Assembly: GCA_029288775.1 (NCBI GenBank)
Contig: JARIGQ010000003.1
Location: forward strand, 1 to 52,381
Direction of reading: 5' to 3'
Length of the DNA: 52,381 bases
Origin: Candidatus Nomurabacteria bacterium
Lineage (GTDB): Bacteria > Patescibacteriota > Minisyncoccia > Phycocordibacterales > UBA5272
Part shown: one piece after another, positions 36,177-45,041 of the stretch
Layout of the letters: every line of letters begins with the position of its first letter
How positions within the stretch are numbered: position 1 is the first letter of the stretch
Made by a program: the position numbers and the translations under genes
The notes under the pieces: model-generated
Told to the model about the DNA's origin: nothing
What the model saw: only the letters and a program-made list of their open reading frames with translations
Database searches by the model: none

Positions 36177-38417
36177 ATGCGGCTTTCGCATATTACTATC
36201 CAAGGGTTCAAGTCCTTTGCTAAAAAAACGACGCTTGATGTTACGCATCAGCTTACTGGTGTTGTGGGACCGAATGGTTCCGGAAAATCAAATATTGCCG
36301 AAGCTATTCGCTTTGTGCTTGGCGAGCAGTCAATGAAATCCATGCGCGGAAAGATTGGCGCGGACATTATTTTTAAAGGATCGGAACATTTAGCTTCCAT
36401 GTCGAGAGCTTCCGTGACGATGGTTATTGATAATCGGGATAAGACTGCTCACAGCGGAGATATGAGTCATGCGTCCGACACGCTTGCGCCTTTTCTTGTG
36501 TACGACGAGCTTGTGCTTGCGCGCGTGATCTATTCGGATGGGACGAGTGATTACATGTTAAATGATGCCAAGATCCGTCTCAAGGACGTGCAAGAGCTTT
36601 TGTCGTTTGCGGGTATTGGAGCAAGCGCTCATACGATTATCAATCAAGGTGAAGCGGATCGTATTTTACTTGCGTCTCCTAAAGATAGAAAAGAAGCACT
36701 TGAGGATGCTCTTGGGCTTCGCATCTATCATATGCGTCTTAATGAATCTAAACGCAAATTGGATCGTGTGAAAGCGCATGTGCACGAAGTTGAGTTATTA
36801 AGGAAAGAAATCAAGCCGCACTTGGACCATCTCAAGCGCCAAGTGGATAAGATTGAATCTCAAGAAGAGGAACGCAAGAAATTGCATATGCTTTTGATCG
36901 CGTATCTTACGCGTGAAGAAGAAGAGCTTATGAAGCTTAACGAACGAATCCGTGAGCAGGGAACTTCTTCTTCGCTCCTTCTTATTACAGATTCCATCAA
37001 AAAAGAATTGCACATGTTAAGGAACGCTACTCATGACAGTGTGAGTGTTTCCATTCATGAAAAGCAGACGCTCCAGGCAGAAATGAGAAGCTTGCTTGAA
37101 CGACGTGATCAGGTGTCCAAGACACTTGGTCGTATGGAGGCTGAAAAGGCATATTTGGAAAAAGAGTTAGGGCGGGAACAGGAAGGCACTTCTATTACCA
37201 TCGAACAAGACGAGTGGCAGGAAACTCATGTGGTCCTCGGACACGGTTTTGAAAACCTTACATCAGCGCTTCGAAGTGGAGAACACGAGAAAGCACAGGT
37301 GCATGCGCGTGACCTCCACACCACTACAGAAACCTTCTTCACCAAGCATGGCGGTAAGGAAACTACACGAAAAGAGGCAATTCAAAGAGATCTTGATGTT
37401 CTTTCTGCGAGTATTCTGGAACATGAAGGCAAGGAACGCGATCTTTCGCATGAAATGGTCGTCCTTCAGGAAAGAATAGATGCGGTAGATACAACCGCCC
37501 AAGCAACGCTCCAATCCAAGCATGAGGAGGAAAAGAAAATGATGACACTTGAAAGCAAGCTTCGCGAACTTGATTCGACAATTGCTTTGCGTCGCCAAGA
37601 AGAAGGAGAGTATGCGCTTCGTAAAAGTCATTTTGATGCGCTTGTGCAAGAAGGAGTTACTATTGTTGGTCGCGAAGTATTGGAATACAAATCACATGAA
37701 GCAGATGAACGTTTTAAAGATACCCAATCAAGTGATCTCATGCGCGCTATCGAGCGTAGCAAGCTTCGTATAGAAGAAGCAGGTGTGCCGAATCGTGAAG
37801 AGGTTATGGCGGAATATCGTTCTACGCGTGAGCGCGACGAATACCTTACCAAAGAGCTTGCTGACATCAAGGAAAGTGAAGGCAAGCTTTTGGAGCTTAT
37901 TGACGAACTGGAAACTACGCTCTCTGAACGATTCTCTACCGGAGTGAAAGAAGTATCAAAAGTATTTAGCGAATTTTTCGGCGAAGTCTTTATTGGTGGC
38001 AAGGGTAAGCTTGTTTTAATGGACATTGCAAAGATAGATGACGAAGGAAATCAGCTTATTGAACAAGGTATCGATATTGACGTATCGCTTCCGAATAAAA
38101 AAGTAAAAGAAATCAGCATGTTCTCCGGAGGCGAGCGCGCGCTTGTCTCCATCGCACTTTTGTTTGCAATGTCATCGATCACACCGCCGCCATTTATGGT
38201 GCTTGATGAAACTGATGCGCCGCTTGATGAATCAAACGCGCGCAAGTATGGTGTGATGCTTCGCAGGCTTGCGGAGAAGTCTAAGCTTTTGGTTATTACG
38301 CACAATCGCGAGACGATGAATCATTGTGACATGCTTTATGGTGTAACAATCGGAGTTGATGGATCGTCCAAACTTCTATCAATCAATTTTAAGGAAGCCG
38401 AAAGCTACGCACAATAA
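36177..38417 (+). CDS. smc: SMC-like chromosome partition ATPase, short (746 aa) and without a recognisable hinge
   Basis: N-terminal ITIQGFKSFAKKT...GPNGSGKSN. C-terminal signature FSGGERALVSIALLFA and Walker B FMVLDETDAPLD. The centre is coiled coil only. Confidence 0.75.
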   Translation: MRLSHITIQGFKSFAKKTTLDVTHQLTGVVGPNGSGKSNIAEAIRFVLGEQSMKSMRGKIGADIIFKGSEHLASMSRASVTMVIDNRDKTAHSGDMSHASDTLAPFLVYDELVLARVIYSDGTSDYMLNDAKIRLKDVQELLSFAGIGASAHTIINQGEADRILLASPKDRKEALEDALGLRIYHMRLNESKRKLDRVKAHVHEVELLRKEIKPHLDHLKRQVDKIESQEEERKKLHMLLIAYLTREEEELMKLNERIREQGTSSSLLLITDSIKKELHMLRNATHDSVSVSIHEKQTLQAEMRSLLERRDQVSKTLGRMEAEKAYLEKELGREQEGTSITIEQDEWQETHVVLGHGFENLTSALRSGEHEKAQVHARDLHTTTETFFTKHGGKETTRKEAIQRDLDVLSASILEHEGKERDLSHEMVVLQERIDAVDTTAQATLQSKHEEEKKMMTLESKLRELDSTIALRRQEEGEYALRKSHFDALVQEGVTIVGREVLEYKSHEADERFKDTQSSDLMRAIERSKLRIEEAGVPNREEVMAEYRSTRERDEYLTKELADIKESEGKLLELIDELETTLSERFSTGVKEVSKVFSEFFGEVFIGGKGKLVLMDIAKIDDEGNQLIEQGIDIDVSLPNKKVKEISMFSGGERALVSIALLFAMSSITPPPFMVLDETDAPLDESNARKYGVMLRRLAEKSKLLVITHNRETMNHCDMLYGVTIGVDGSSKLLSINFKEAESYAQ

Positions 38418-38505
38418 AAATGAAAACCTATTAAGGTGGGTGTAGGATTACATTTTGGTGGTAAGTAAAGCAATGAAGAAGAGTATGATATAGTAAAAGG
38501 ATTAT

Positions 38506-40440
38506 ATGGAAAGGATTTTTACGGGGCAGATTAGTATTACGACAAAGAAAGATGGATATGTGCGCGTGGAAGCTTTAGAAAATGATGGTGCTGTTTTTGT
38601 TGACCATAGCCATCTTAATACTGCGCTTCATCATGATATCGTAAAAATCGAGCTTTTGGGAAAGCATGATAATGCTAAAGGTGAAAAAGAGCTCTATGGA
38701 AGAGTATTGGAAATTGTTGAACGAGCTCGTCATGGCTACGCAGGCATCATAGAAGAAGATCATGGGCATTATTTCCTCGTGCCGCAGGACAAGCGTATGT
38801 ATACGGACATTCTTATTCCTAAAGAATCACTACAAGGCGCGGAAGTTGGCATCAAAGTGATTGCGACTATTGAAGAATGGAAGGACCCTAAGAAATCTCC
38901 GATAGGAAGAGTGACGCATGTACTCGGTAAGCCTGGGGACAATGATGCGGAAATGCTTGCTTATGCGCTTGAGCGAGGATTTTCTGATGAGCATGCTGAA
39001 AAAGTAAATGAGGAAGCCGAAGCTATTAAGCGCAGAGGTATTACCGAAGAAGATAAAGCCGGACGTCGTGATTTTCGTGATGTAGCGGTCTTTACTATCG
39101 ACCCTCTTGATGCCAAAGATTTTGACGATGCTCTTTCTTTCAAGAAGCTCGATAATGGTCACTATGAAGTCGGTATCCATATTGCTGATGTTTCCTATTA
39201 TGTAAAACCGGGTATGGCACTTGATGATGAAGCTATTGCACGCGAAACATCGGTGTATCTGGTAGACCGCGTGATTCCGATGCTTCCAGAAGTACTTTCA
39301 AATGATTTGTGTTCGCTTGTGCAGGACAAGGATCGTTTGGTCATGTCTGCGGTATTTGAAATTGACGATGAAGGGGTTGTATATAACGAGTGGTATGGAC
39401 GATCAGTGATTAATTCCAAGCGCAGGTACACCTACGAGGATGCGCAAAAGACACTCGATGATAAGCAGGGTGATTTTTATGAGGAGCTTGATACCTTAAA
39501 TCGCATTGCCAAGAAAATGCAGGCGAAGCGATTCGAATCTGGTGCGCTTGTATTGGAGACCGAAGAAGTTAGATTCAAGCTGGACGAAAAGGGGGTACCG
39601 ATTGATGTATATGTAAAAGAGCGCGGTGATACGCATAAGATGATTGAGGAGTTTATGCTTTTGGCGAACAAGTACGTGAGTAAGTACATTACGGAGGTAC
39701 AAGAAAAAAAGAATGGATATTCTATTTGTGTGTATCGTATTCACGATAAGCCTGATCCGGAAAAGATGCATGACCTCGATCTCTACATTAGGTCGCTTGG
39801 GTATAAAGTGCGATTTATGGATGGTCTAATTCCGTCTAAGGATTTGAATGACTTGCTGAAAAAGCTTGGAGATAAGCCGGAAAAGCAATTGCTTCAGGTA
39901 CATATTACACGTGCAATGGCCAAGGCGATCTATAGTACTAAAAATGTTGGTCACTATGGACTTGGGTTTGAATTCTATTCACACTTCACCTCTCCAATTC
40001 GTCGTTATCCCGATGTGTTAACGCATCGTATTTTGGAGCGCGTCCTTACGGGAGATTATCCGAAAGAAGAAGAGCGCGGACTCTTTGATGCATTGTGCGC
40101 CAAGGCTAGCCGCCGAGAAAAGGAAGCTGCAGATGCTGAGCGGGGGTCTATCAAGTACAAGCAGGTGGAATATATGTCTTATCGCATCGGCCAAGTCTTC
40201 GATGGGGTTGTTTCCGGAGTGTCTGAATGGGGAATTTTTGTGGAAGAGAAAAAGTCCAAATGCGAAGGCATGGTGAGATTGCGTGATTTGGGCGAAGATT
40301 TCTTCGTCTTTGATCAGAAGAACGGGCGTGTCTTTGGGGAACGAACGGGAGTTGAGTACAAGATTGGTACGCCGGTAAAGATTAAGGTAAAGAGTGCTAA
40401 TTTGGATTTGCGAGTCATTGATTATGCGCTTGTCCTCTAA
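38506..40440 (+). CDS. rnr: ribonuclease R (RNB family, VacB)
   Basis: RNB motifs TIDPLDAKDFDDALS and HFTSPIRRYPDVLTHR. C-terminal S1 domain. Confidence 0.9.
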   Translation: MERIFTGQISITTKKDGYVRVEALENDGAVFVDHSHLNTALHHDIVKIELLGKHDNAKGEKELYGRVLEIVERARHGYAGIIEEDHGHYFLVPQDKRMYTDILIPKESLQGAEVGIKVIATIEEWKDPKKSPIGRVTHVLGKPGDNDAEMLAYALERGFSDEHAEKVNEEAEAIKRRGITEEDKAGRRDFRDVAVFTIDPLDAKDFDDALSFKKLDNGHYEVGIHIADVSYYVKPGMALDDEAIARETSVYLVDRVIPMLPEVLSNDLCSLVQDKDRLVMSAVFEIDDEGVVYNEWYGRSVINSKRRYTYEDAQKTLDDKQGDFYEELDTLNRIAKKMQAKRFESGALVLETEEVRFKLDEKGVPIDVYVKERGDTHKMIEEFMLLANKYVSKYITEVQEKKNGYSICVYRIHDKPDPEKMHDLDLYIRSLGYKVRFMDGLIPSKDLNDLLKKLGDKPEKQLLQVHITRAMAKAIYSTKNVGHYGLGFEFYSHFTSPIRRYPDVLTHRILERVLTGDYPKEEERGLFDALCAKASRREKEAADAERGSIKYKQVEYMSYRIGQVFDGVVSGVSEWGIFVEEKKSKCEGMVRLRDLGEDFFVFDQKNGRVFGERTGVEYKIGTPVKIKVKSANLDLRVIDYALVL

Positions 40441-40476
40441 GGTGCTACACTAAAAGCCTAGAAAGGAGGATGCCAT

Positions 40477-40716
40477 ATGAGCATTCCTATAACGATAGAA
40501 ACCCTCCGCGCTCTTCAGGAACAAGACGAGACCGCTTACGCTAATCAGCGTGGTTTTGATCACGATTACTGTCCCGGGTTTTCGGACGGAAATCCGGCTG
40601 GACTTCCGTGTGACTGCCCCAAAGCCCGGGAATTCCTTCTCGGAACAGGCGAAGCCACCCTCGTTTGTTATACGGGAGTATGCCCTGTACGGGCAGTGCT
40701 TGCCTATTACGACTAG
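40477..40716 (+). CDS. cassette E: 79-aa Cys-containing protein of unknown function
   Basis: AAGGAGG (40463-40469) lies 7 nt before the ATG. It has 5 Cys (YCPGF, PCDCP, VCYTGVCP). It is G+C-rich. Its own terminator is at 40735-40760. Confidence 0.55.
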   Translation: MSIPITIETLRALQEQDETAYANQRGFDHDYCPGFSDGNPAGLPCDCPKAREFLLGTGEATLVCYTGVCPVRAVLAYYD

Positions 40717-40734
40717 CAGCTTTTCTCCCTATAG

Positions 40735-40760
40735 GTCCCTGCAAAGGGGCTTTTCTTTTT
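40735..40760 (+). terminator. rho-independent terminator of cassette E
   Basis: GTCCCT-GCAA-AGGGGC followed by ttttcttttt. Confidence 0.7.
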
Positions 40761-40773
40761 CTACGGTTTATGG

Positions 40774-40779
40774 TAGAAT
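40774..40779 (+). promoter_or_regulatory. -10 hexamer TAGAAT (TGg-extended) 7 nt before rpsP ATG; putative leaderless promoter
   Basis: aTGgTAGAATtgggaacATG. Confidence 0.5.
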
Positions 40780-40786
40780 TGGGAAC

Positions 40787-41086
40787 ATGTTAAAAATCAG
40801 ACTACAACGTACAGGACGCAAGAACGACCCACATTTTCGTCTTATCGTCGCAGAGTCTACACTTAAGCCAAAGACTACCCAGTTTGCGGAAATTGTAGGA
40901 ACCTACAATGTGAAGGCTGGTATCTTTGAGGCTAAGGCTGACCGCGTGAAGCATTGGATGGCAAATGGAGCCCAGGCTACTCCAACTGTCCACAATCTCC
41001 TTATTTCTAAGGGGGTTATCGAAGGAAAGAAGATTAATGTCCTTCCTAAGAAGAAGCCTGTAGTAAAGGAAGCCAAAGCAGCGTAA
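40787..41086 (+). CDS. rpsP: 30S ribosomal protein S16
   Basis: Start moved to ATG 40787 (MLKIRLQRTGRKNDPHFRLIVAES). Confidence 0.95.
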   Translation: MLKIRLQRTGRKNDPHFRLIVAESTLKPKTTQFAEIVGTYNVKAGIFEAKADRVKHWMANGAQATPTVHNLLISKGVIEGKKINVLPKKKPVVKEAKAA

Positions 41087-41095
41087 TACATACAG

Positions 41096-41125
41096 CAATC
41101 AAAAACCGCCCATGGGCGGTTTTTG
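41096..41125 (+). terminator. rho-independent terminator after rpsP
   Basis: AAAAACCGCCC-at-GGGCGGTTTTT palindrome. Confidence 0.75.
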
Positions 41126-41143
41126 ATTAACGGGAGTCTGCTT

Positions 41144-41241
41144 GGAAAACCAAGTCTATGGTTTTTCCGTGGAGGAGACAAGCGAAGCGTTAGGAACCGA
41201 GCGGTTCCTACAACAAATCCAGTGAAACAGGGAATTTGTTG
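41144..41241 (+). other. three consecutive 8-bp hairpins without U-tracts (structured spacer or possible ncRNA)
   Basis: GGAAAACC/GGTTTTCC (41144-41167), TAGGAACC/GGTTCCTA (41191-41210) and CAACAAAT/ATTTGTTG (41211-41241). Confidence 0.4.
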
Positions 41242-41309
41242 ACGGGGGATAACTAGTTTGATAGAACAAGGGGGATTGATAGACTAAAGATAGCTAATCC
41301 ATTAAAGAT

Positions 41310-41663
41310 ATGAAAGACCAAGAATTTGTCGAGTATGTAGTGAAGGCGTTGGTGGATAATCCAGAGAAAGTGAAGGTAGACCGTAGGGTAGATGAAATGG
41401 GTGTACTTATTACACTTGATGTAGCCGCTGAAGATATGGGAAAAATCATCGGGCGCGATGGTGCGACTGCAAAGGCACTTCGTACGCTTTTGCGGGTTGT
41501 AGGGATGAAGAATAATGCTCGGGTGAATCTCAAGATTAATGAGCCAGAAGGTCGCGGATACGATTATGCTCGCGATTCTAATGAAGGCGAGCGAGCCTAT
41601 TCCTCTACACGATTTGATACATCGGATGTAGATGCAGTGATGAATGATCTTAAGTCTTTGTAG
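41310..41663 (+). CDS. KH-domain RNA-binding protein (YlqC/UPF0109 family) with C-terminal extension
   Basis: VKALVDNPEKVKV...GKIIGRDGATAKALRTLL. 117 aa. Confidence 0.85.
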   Translation: MKDQEFVEYVVKALVDNPEKVKVDRRVDEMGVLITLDVAAEDMGKIIGRDGATAKALRTLLRVVGMKNNARVNLKINEPEGRGYDYARDSNEGERAYSSTRFDTSDVDAVMNDLKSL

Positions 41664-41692
41664 TAAAACTATTTCATCTACTTTGTCGCTAC

Positions 41693-41746
41693 GGAATGTT
41701 TCTCAGTCAACGTAGCCTCTAAACTACGTCTCCTTCCAAACATTCC
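41693..41746 (+). other. nested long hairpin downstream of the KH gene
   Basis: Outer stem GGAATGTTT/AAACATTCC. Inner stem ACGTAG/CTACGT. Confidence 0.4.
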
Positions 41747-41787
41747 TAGGCTTCGCGTATGTAAAGCAGTTTTCCAACAAAGAAGAA

Positions 41788-41820
41788 AGCAAAAAGCGCT
41801 TCTCGGCGCTTTTTGCTTTT
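41788..41820 (+). terminator. rho-independent terminator
   Basis: AGCAAAAAGCGC-ttctcg-GCGCTTTTTGCT followed by ttt. Confidence 0.8.
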
Positions 41821-41835
41821 ACAAAACATTTTTGT

Positions 41836-41841
41836 TATAAT
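41836..41841 (+). promoter_or_regulatory. -10 hexamer TATAAT 7 nt before trmD ATG 41849; putative leaderless promoter
   Basis: tTGtTATAATgtcaagtATG. Confidence 0.5.
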
Positions 41842-41848
41842 GTCAAGT

Positions 41849-42526
41849 ATGCGTTACCACATTGTAACAATCTTTCCGAACATGCTCGACTCATATTTTG
41901 CCGAGTCTATTATTTCGCGTGCAATCGATAACAAACTGATCGAAATCCATACGTATGCACTTCGCGAATATACCAAGGACAAGCACCGACGCGTAGATGG
42001 CAAACCGTATGGGGGCGGTCCCGGTATGGTCATGTGGGCAGATCCTATTCTTAATTGTGTAGCAAAAATAGAAAAGAAACTTGCTCGCAAGAAAAACGTG
42101 AAGATACTTTTCGTATTATTCAATCCAGGAGGGGAAATGTTTTCAAATACTATCGCGAAGAATGTTTCCAAGAAATATACCGACATTGTATTTATCTGCG
42201 GTCGCTACGAAGGTATTGATGCGCGTGTGAAGAAAATTCTTAAGGCCAAAGAATGGAGCATAGGAAATTATGTACTTACAGGAGGTGAGCTTCCGGCTAT
42301 GGTGTGTATCGATGCTATCACTCGCCAAATCAGAGGAGTTCTCCATGATGAGAATTCGCTTGAAGAAACACGTGTAGCCTCACATGAAATGTATGCCCGT
42401 CCGGAAGTCTATGAATACAGAGGAAAGAAGTATCGTGTACCAAAAGTGCTTCTTTCAGGAAATCACAAGGAGATAGAGGCCTACCGCGCAAAGAAGGAAA
42501 ACAAAATAGGGAAATTAATAAAATAA
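41849..42526 (+). CDS. trmD: tRNA (guanine37-N1)-methyltransferase
   Basis: Start at ATG 41849 (alternative 41840). MRYHIVTIFPNM, GRYEGIDARV, VLTGGELPAMV. Confidence 0.95.
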   Translation: MRYHIVTIFPNMLDSYFAESIISRAIDNKLIEIHTYALREYTKDKHRRVDGKPYGGGPGMVMWADPILNCVAKIEKKLARKKNVKILFVLFNPGGEMFSNTIAKNVSKKYTDIVFICGRYEGIDARVKKILKAKEWSIGNYVLTGGELPAMVCIDAITRQIRGVLHDENSLEETRVASHEMYARPEVYEYRGKKYRVPKVLLSGNHKEIEAYRAKKENKIGKLIK

Positions 42527-42532
42527 TTTTTG

Positions 42533-42605
42533 AGCCAGAGGCGAGGATCGAACTCGCGACCTCTTCGTTACGAGTGAAGTGCTCTACCAACTGAGCTACT
42601 CTGGC
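42533..42605 (-). tRNA. tRNA-Thr (anticodon CGT), CCA not encoded
   Basis: Minus strand reads GCCAGAG-TA-GCTC-AGTTGGTA-GAGC-A-CTTCA-CTCGTAA-CGAAG-AGGTC-GCGAG-TTCGATC-CTCGC-CTCTGGC-T. Confidence 0.9.
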
Positions 42606-42622
42606 AACGACCATCCTGGTCT

Positions 42623-42698
42623 TGGAGCCAATGGCCGGGATCGAACCGGCGACCTCTTCCTTACCATGGAAGTGCTCTACCAACTGAGCTACATTGGC
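42623..42698 (-). tRNA. tRNA-Thr (anticodon GGT), CCA encoded
   Basis: Minus strand reads GCCAATG-TA-GCTC-AGTTGGTA-GAGC-A-CTTCC-ATGGTAA-GGAAG-AGGTC-GCCGG-TTCGATC-CCGGC-CATTGGC-T-CCA. Confidence 0.9.
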
Positions 42699-42755
42699 TG
42701 ATTTCTTTTGAAACAGTCGCTCTATTCTAGCTAAAATTGCATAGGAATTCAATGG

Positions 42756-43790
42756 ATGAACATTGCTATACTGAAGCACATGAAAGCCTTTTTGCTCACC
42801 CTCCTTCTCATTTGTATCGGAGCTCTAGCCTATGCCTCTTTTCGCTCTACACGTACGATTTCATTCGTTTCCGATACTGTACCGCCGGTATCTTACTCTT
42901 CTTCTTTGCCTCTTCTTTTTGTGGGGGATATTATGCTTGGCCGGTATGTGGAAGAGTTAAGTGCCTCTGATCATACGTACCCATTTATTCGAATAAAAGA
43001 TTTTTTAAAAGGCTATCAGGTGGTTGCTAATTTAGAAGGACCCATTCCAAGAGAGCATGTACAAACACCCATTCAAGGATTTACCTTTTCTCAACCACTC
43101 TACACGCCCTTGCTTCTCAAAGCTATGGGAATAACCGCAGTGAGTTTGGCAAACAATCATGCATTTGATTATGGGTATTCCGGATGGGAAGAAACTAAGC
43201 AAGCACTTGATGCAGCAGGTATAGCTCATACAGGGAGCTATCAACCTACTCAAGAAGATGTTTGGGAAACTAAGCTTGGAAGTACGACAGTACTTGTATA
43301 TGGCATCAATATGATCGCAACAGGATGGAATGAAACACAAGCATTGGAAGTTACCGCTAAGCTTCGAAGTGAACACAAAGATGCCTATATAATTGCTTTT
43401 CTTCATTGGGGGAATGAATATGACACACAAAAAGCTGTACAGCAGGAATTTGCCCACAAGCTTATTGATGGAGGAGTGGACGCAATTGTCGGATCCCATC
43501 CGCATGTGGTGCAAGGTATTGAACTCTATAAAAATAAGCCCATTTTCTATTCTCTGGGTAATTTTATTTTTGATCAATATTTCTCCAAAGAAGTACAGGA
43601 AGGTTTGACACTTTCGTTGACAAAAAAAGAGAATCAAATGGTGTATACACTCATGCCTATTATTGAGCAAAGATCTGTGCCAAGGCTTTCTACGAGTACG
43701 GACGTGCTTGCTCGAGTGGCGCACATGTCAGACCCAGAGCTCTTTGGCGTCATAACACGCGGAGAACTAGCCATTCCTTCTCCCAAGTAG
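42756..43790 (+). CDS. CapA family protein (PGA_cap metallophosphatase-like)
   Basis: It has an N-terminal TM. Motifs: LFVGDIMLGR, SLANNHAFDYG, FLHWGNEY, GSHPHVVQG, YSLGNFIFDQ. Confidence 0.8.
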   Translation: MNIAILKHMKAFLLTLLLICIGALAYASFRSTRTISFVSDTVPPVSYSSSLPLLFVGDIMLGRYVEELSASDHTYPFIRIKDFLKGYQVVANLEGPIPREHVQTPIQGFTFSQPLYTPLLLKAMGITAVSLANNHAFDYGYSGWEETKQALDAAGIAHTGSYQPTQEDVWETKLGSTTVLVYGINMIATGWNETQALEVTAKLRSEHKDAYIIAFLHWGNEYDTQKAVQQEFAHKLIDGGVDAIVGSHPHVVQGIELYKNKPIFYSLGNFIFDQYFSKEVQEGLTLSLTKKENQMVYTLMPIIEQRSVPRLSTSTDVLARVAHMSDPELFGVITRGELAIPSPK

Positions 43791-43803
43791 AACAATTGTT
43801 CTA
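43788..43803. promoter_or_regulatory. perfect 16-bp palindrome TAGAACAATTGTTCTA (GAAC-N4-GTTC, Cheo/LexA-box-like) upstream of rarA
   Basis: It ends 10 nt before the rarA -10 element and therefore occupies the -35 region. Confidence 0.45.
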
Positions 43804-43813
43804 GATAAGGTGA

Positions 43814-43819
43814 TATACT
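43814..43819 (+). promoter_or_regulatory. -10 hexamer TATACT (TGa-extended) 7 nt before rarA ATG; putative leaderless promoter
   Basis: gTGaTATACTcgattatATG. Confidence 0.5.
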
Positions 43820-43826
43820 CGATTAT

Positions 43827-44972
43827 ATGGAACCGCTTGCGCAAAAGCTTCGTCCAAAAACGCTGGATGAATTTATAGGGCAAGTTCATCTTGTTGGCCC
43901 CGACAAGCCACTTCGTGTTGCTATTGAGAAGAAGCATGTGTTTTCTTTCATTCTCTGGGGTCCGCCAGGAGTTGGAAAGACCACTCTTGCTCGCATCTAT
44001 GCGGAAAGCATTAATGCCGACTACTATGAGCTCTCTGCGGTGTCGGCAGGGAAGGATGATATACGAAAACTTGTAGAAACAGGTGGCGAATTATTCGGTC
44101 CAAAAGTTTTATTTTTAGACGAAATTCACCGGTTCAACAAAGCCCAGCAGGATTATCTTTTGCCATATGTAGAAAAGGGAAAGCTTATTTTGATCGGAGC
44201 CACCACGGAGAACCCTTCATTTGAAGTAATACCAGCACTTCTTTCGCGATGTCGCGTGTTTGTTTTGAATGAATTGACAGACGATGAGATGAAAGAAATT
44301 CTCAGCCGTACAGGATATGCTCTTTCTGAAGATGCTATGGAATGGCTCGTAGCTATAGCCTCCGGCGACGCCCGCTCCGCTCTCGGTGTGCTATCAAATA
44401 CTAAAGAACTGTATGGGGAGATTTCGGTGGAGAATTTGAAAAACGCGATTCAATCAAAACATCTTCGGTATGACAAAAAAGGCGAGGAACACTACAACAC
44501 GATAAGTGCTTTCATTAAATCTATGCGAGCTTCCCAACCAGATGCGGCACTTTATTATTTGGCGCGCATGGTAACTTCCGGTGAGGACCCCAAATTCATT
44601 GCTCGCCGCATGGTAATATTTGCTTCCGAAGATATTGGTATGAAGGACCCTATGGCACTTGTAGTAGCTAACGAGGTATTTAAAGCCGTGGAGATAATTG
44701 GTATGCCGGAAGCAGGAATCAATCTTGCTCATGGGGTGGTGTATCTAGCTGAAGCGCAAAAAGAAAAGCGCGCCTATGAAGCCTACAAGATGGCGCTTCA
44801 TGACGCTGAAAAGTATGGCAATCTTCCTATTCCCATGAGTATTAGGAATGCGCCGACCAAACTCATGAAAGATCTTGGGTACGGTGAAGGATATGAACGA
44901 TATACAAAAAAGGATTTAATGCCGGAAGAACTTCGCGATAAGAAGTATCTTAAAGATGCAGAAGAAAAGTAG
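43827..44972 (+). CDS. rarA: replication-associated recombination protein A (MgsA/RarA AAA+ ATPase)
   Basis: LRPKTLDEFIGQ, Walker A GPPGVGKTT, Walker B LFLDEIHRFNK, and C-terminal ARRMVIFASEDIG. Confidence 0.9.
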   Translation: MEPLAQKLRPKTLDEFIGQVHLVGPDKPLRVAIEKKHVFSFILWGPPGVGKTTLARIYAESINADYYELSAVSAGKDDIRKLVETGGELFGPKVLFLDEIHRFNKAQQDYLLPYVEKGKLILIGATTENPSFEVIPALLSRCRVFVLNELTDDEMKEILSRTGYALSEDAMEWLVAIASGDARSALGVLSNTKELYGEISVENLKNAIQSKHLRYDKKGEEHYNTISAFIKSMRASQPDAALYYLARMVTSGEDPKFIARRMVIFASEDIGMKDPMALVVANEVFKAVEIIGMPEAGINLAHGVVYLAEAQKEKRAYEAYKMALHDAEKYGNLPIPMSIRNAPTKLMKDLGYGEGYERYTKKDLMPEELRDKKYLKDAEEK

Positions 44973-45041
44973 TATTGGAAAAATAAGGAGATTTTTGATA
45001 GGGTAAAGGCTGAGGTTCACTATTTGCACCAGGAGTACATC

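Noticed and set aside
40477-40716. Cassette E as a RiPP or lanthipeptide precursor.
   Set aside because: No modification enzyme, protease or transporter genes are nearby. Flanking genes are rnr and rpsP. The idea has no support beyond the Cys content.
42330-42779. 149-aa minus-strand ORF spanning the trmD 3' end and both tRNA-Thr genes.
   Set aside because: It reads straight through two canonical tRNA genes and the trmD coding region, so it is an artefact of ORF calling.
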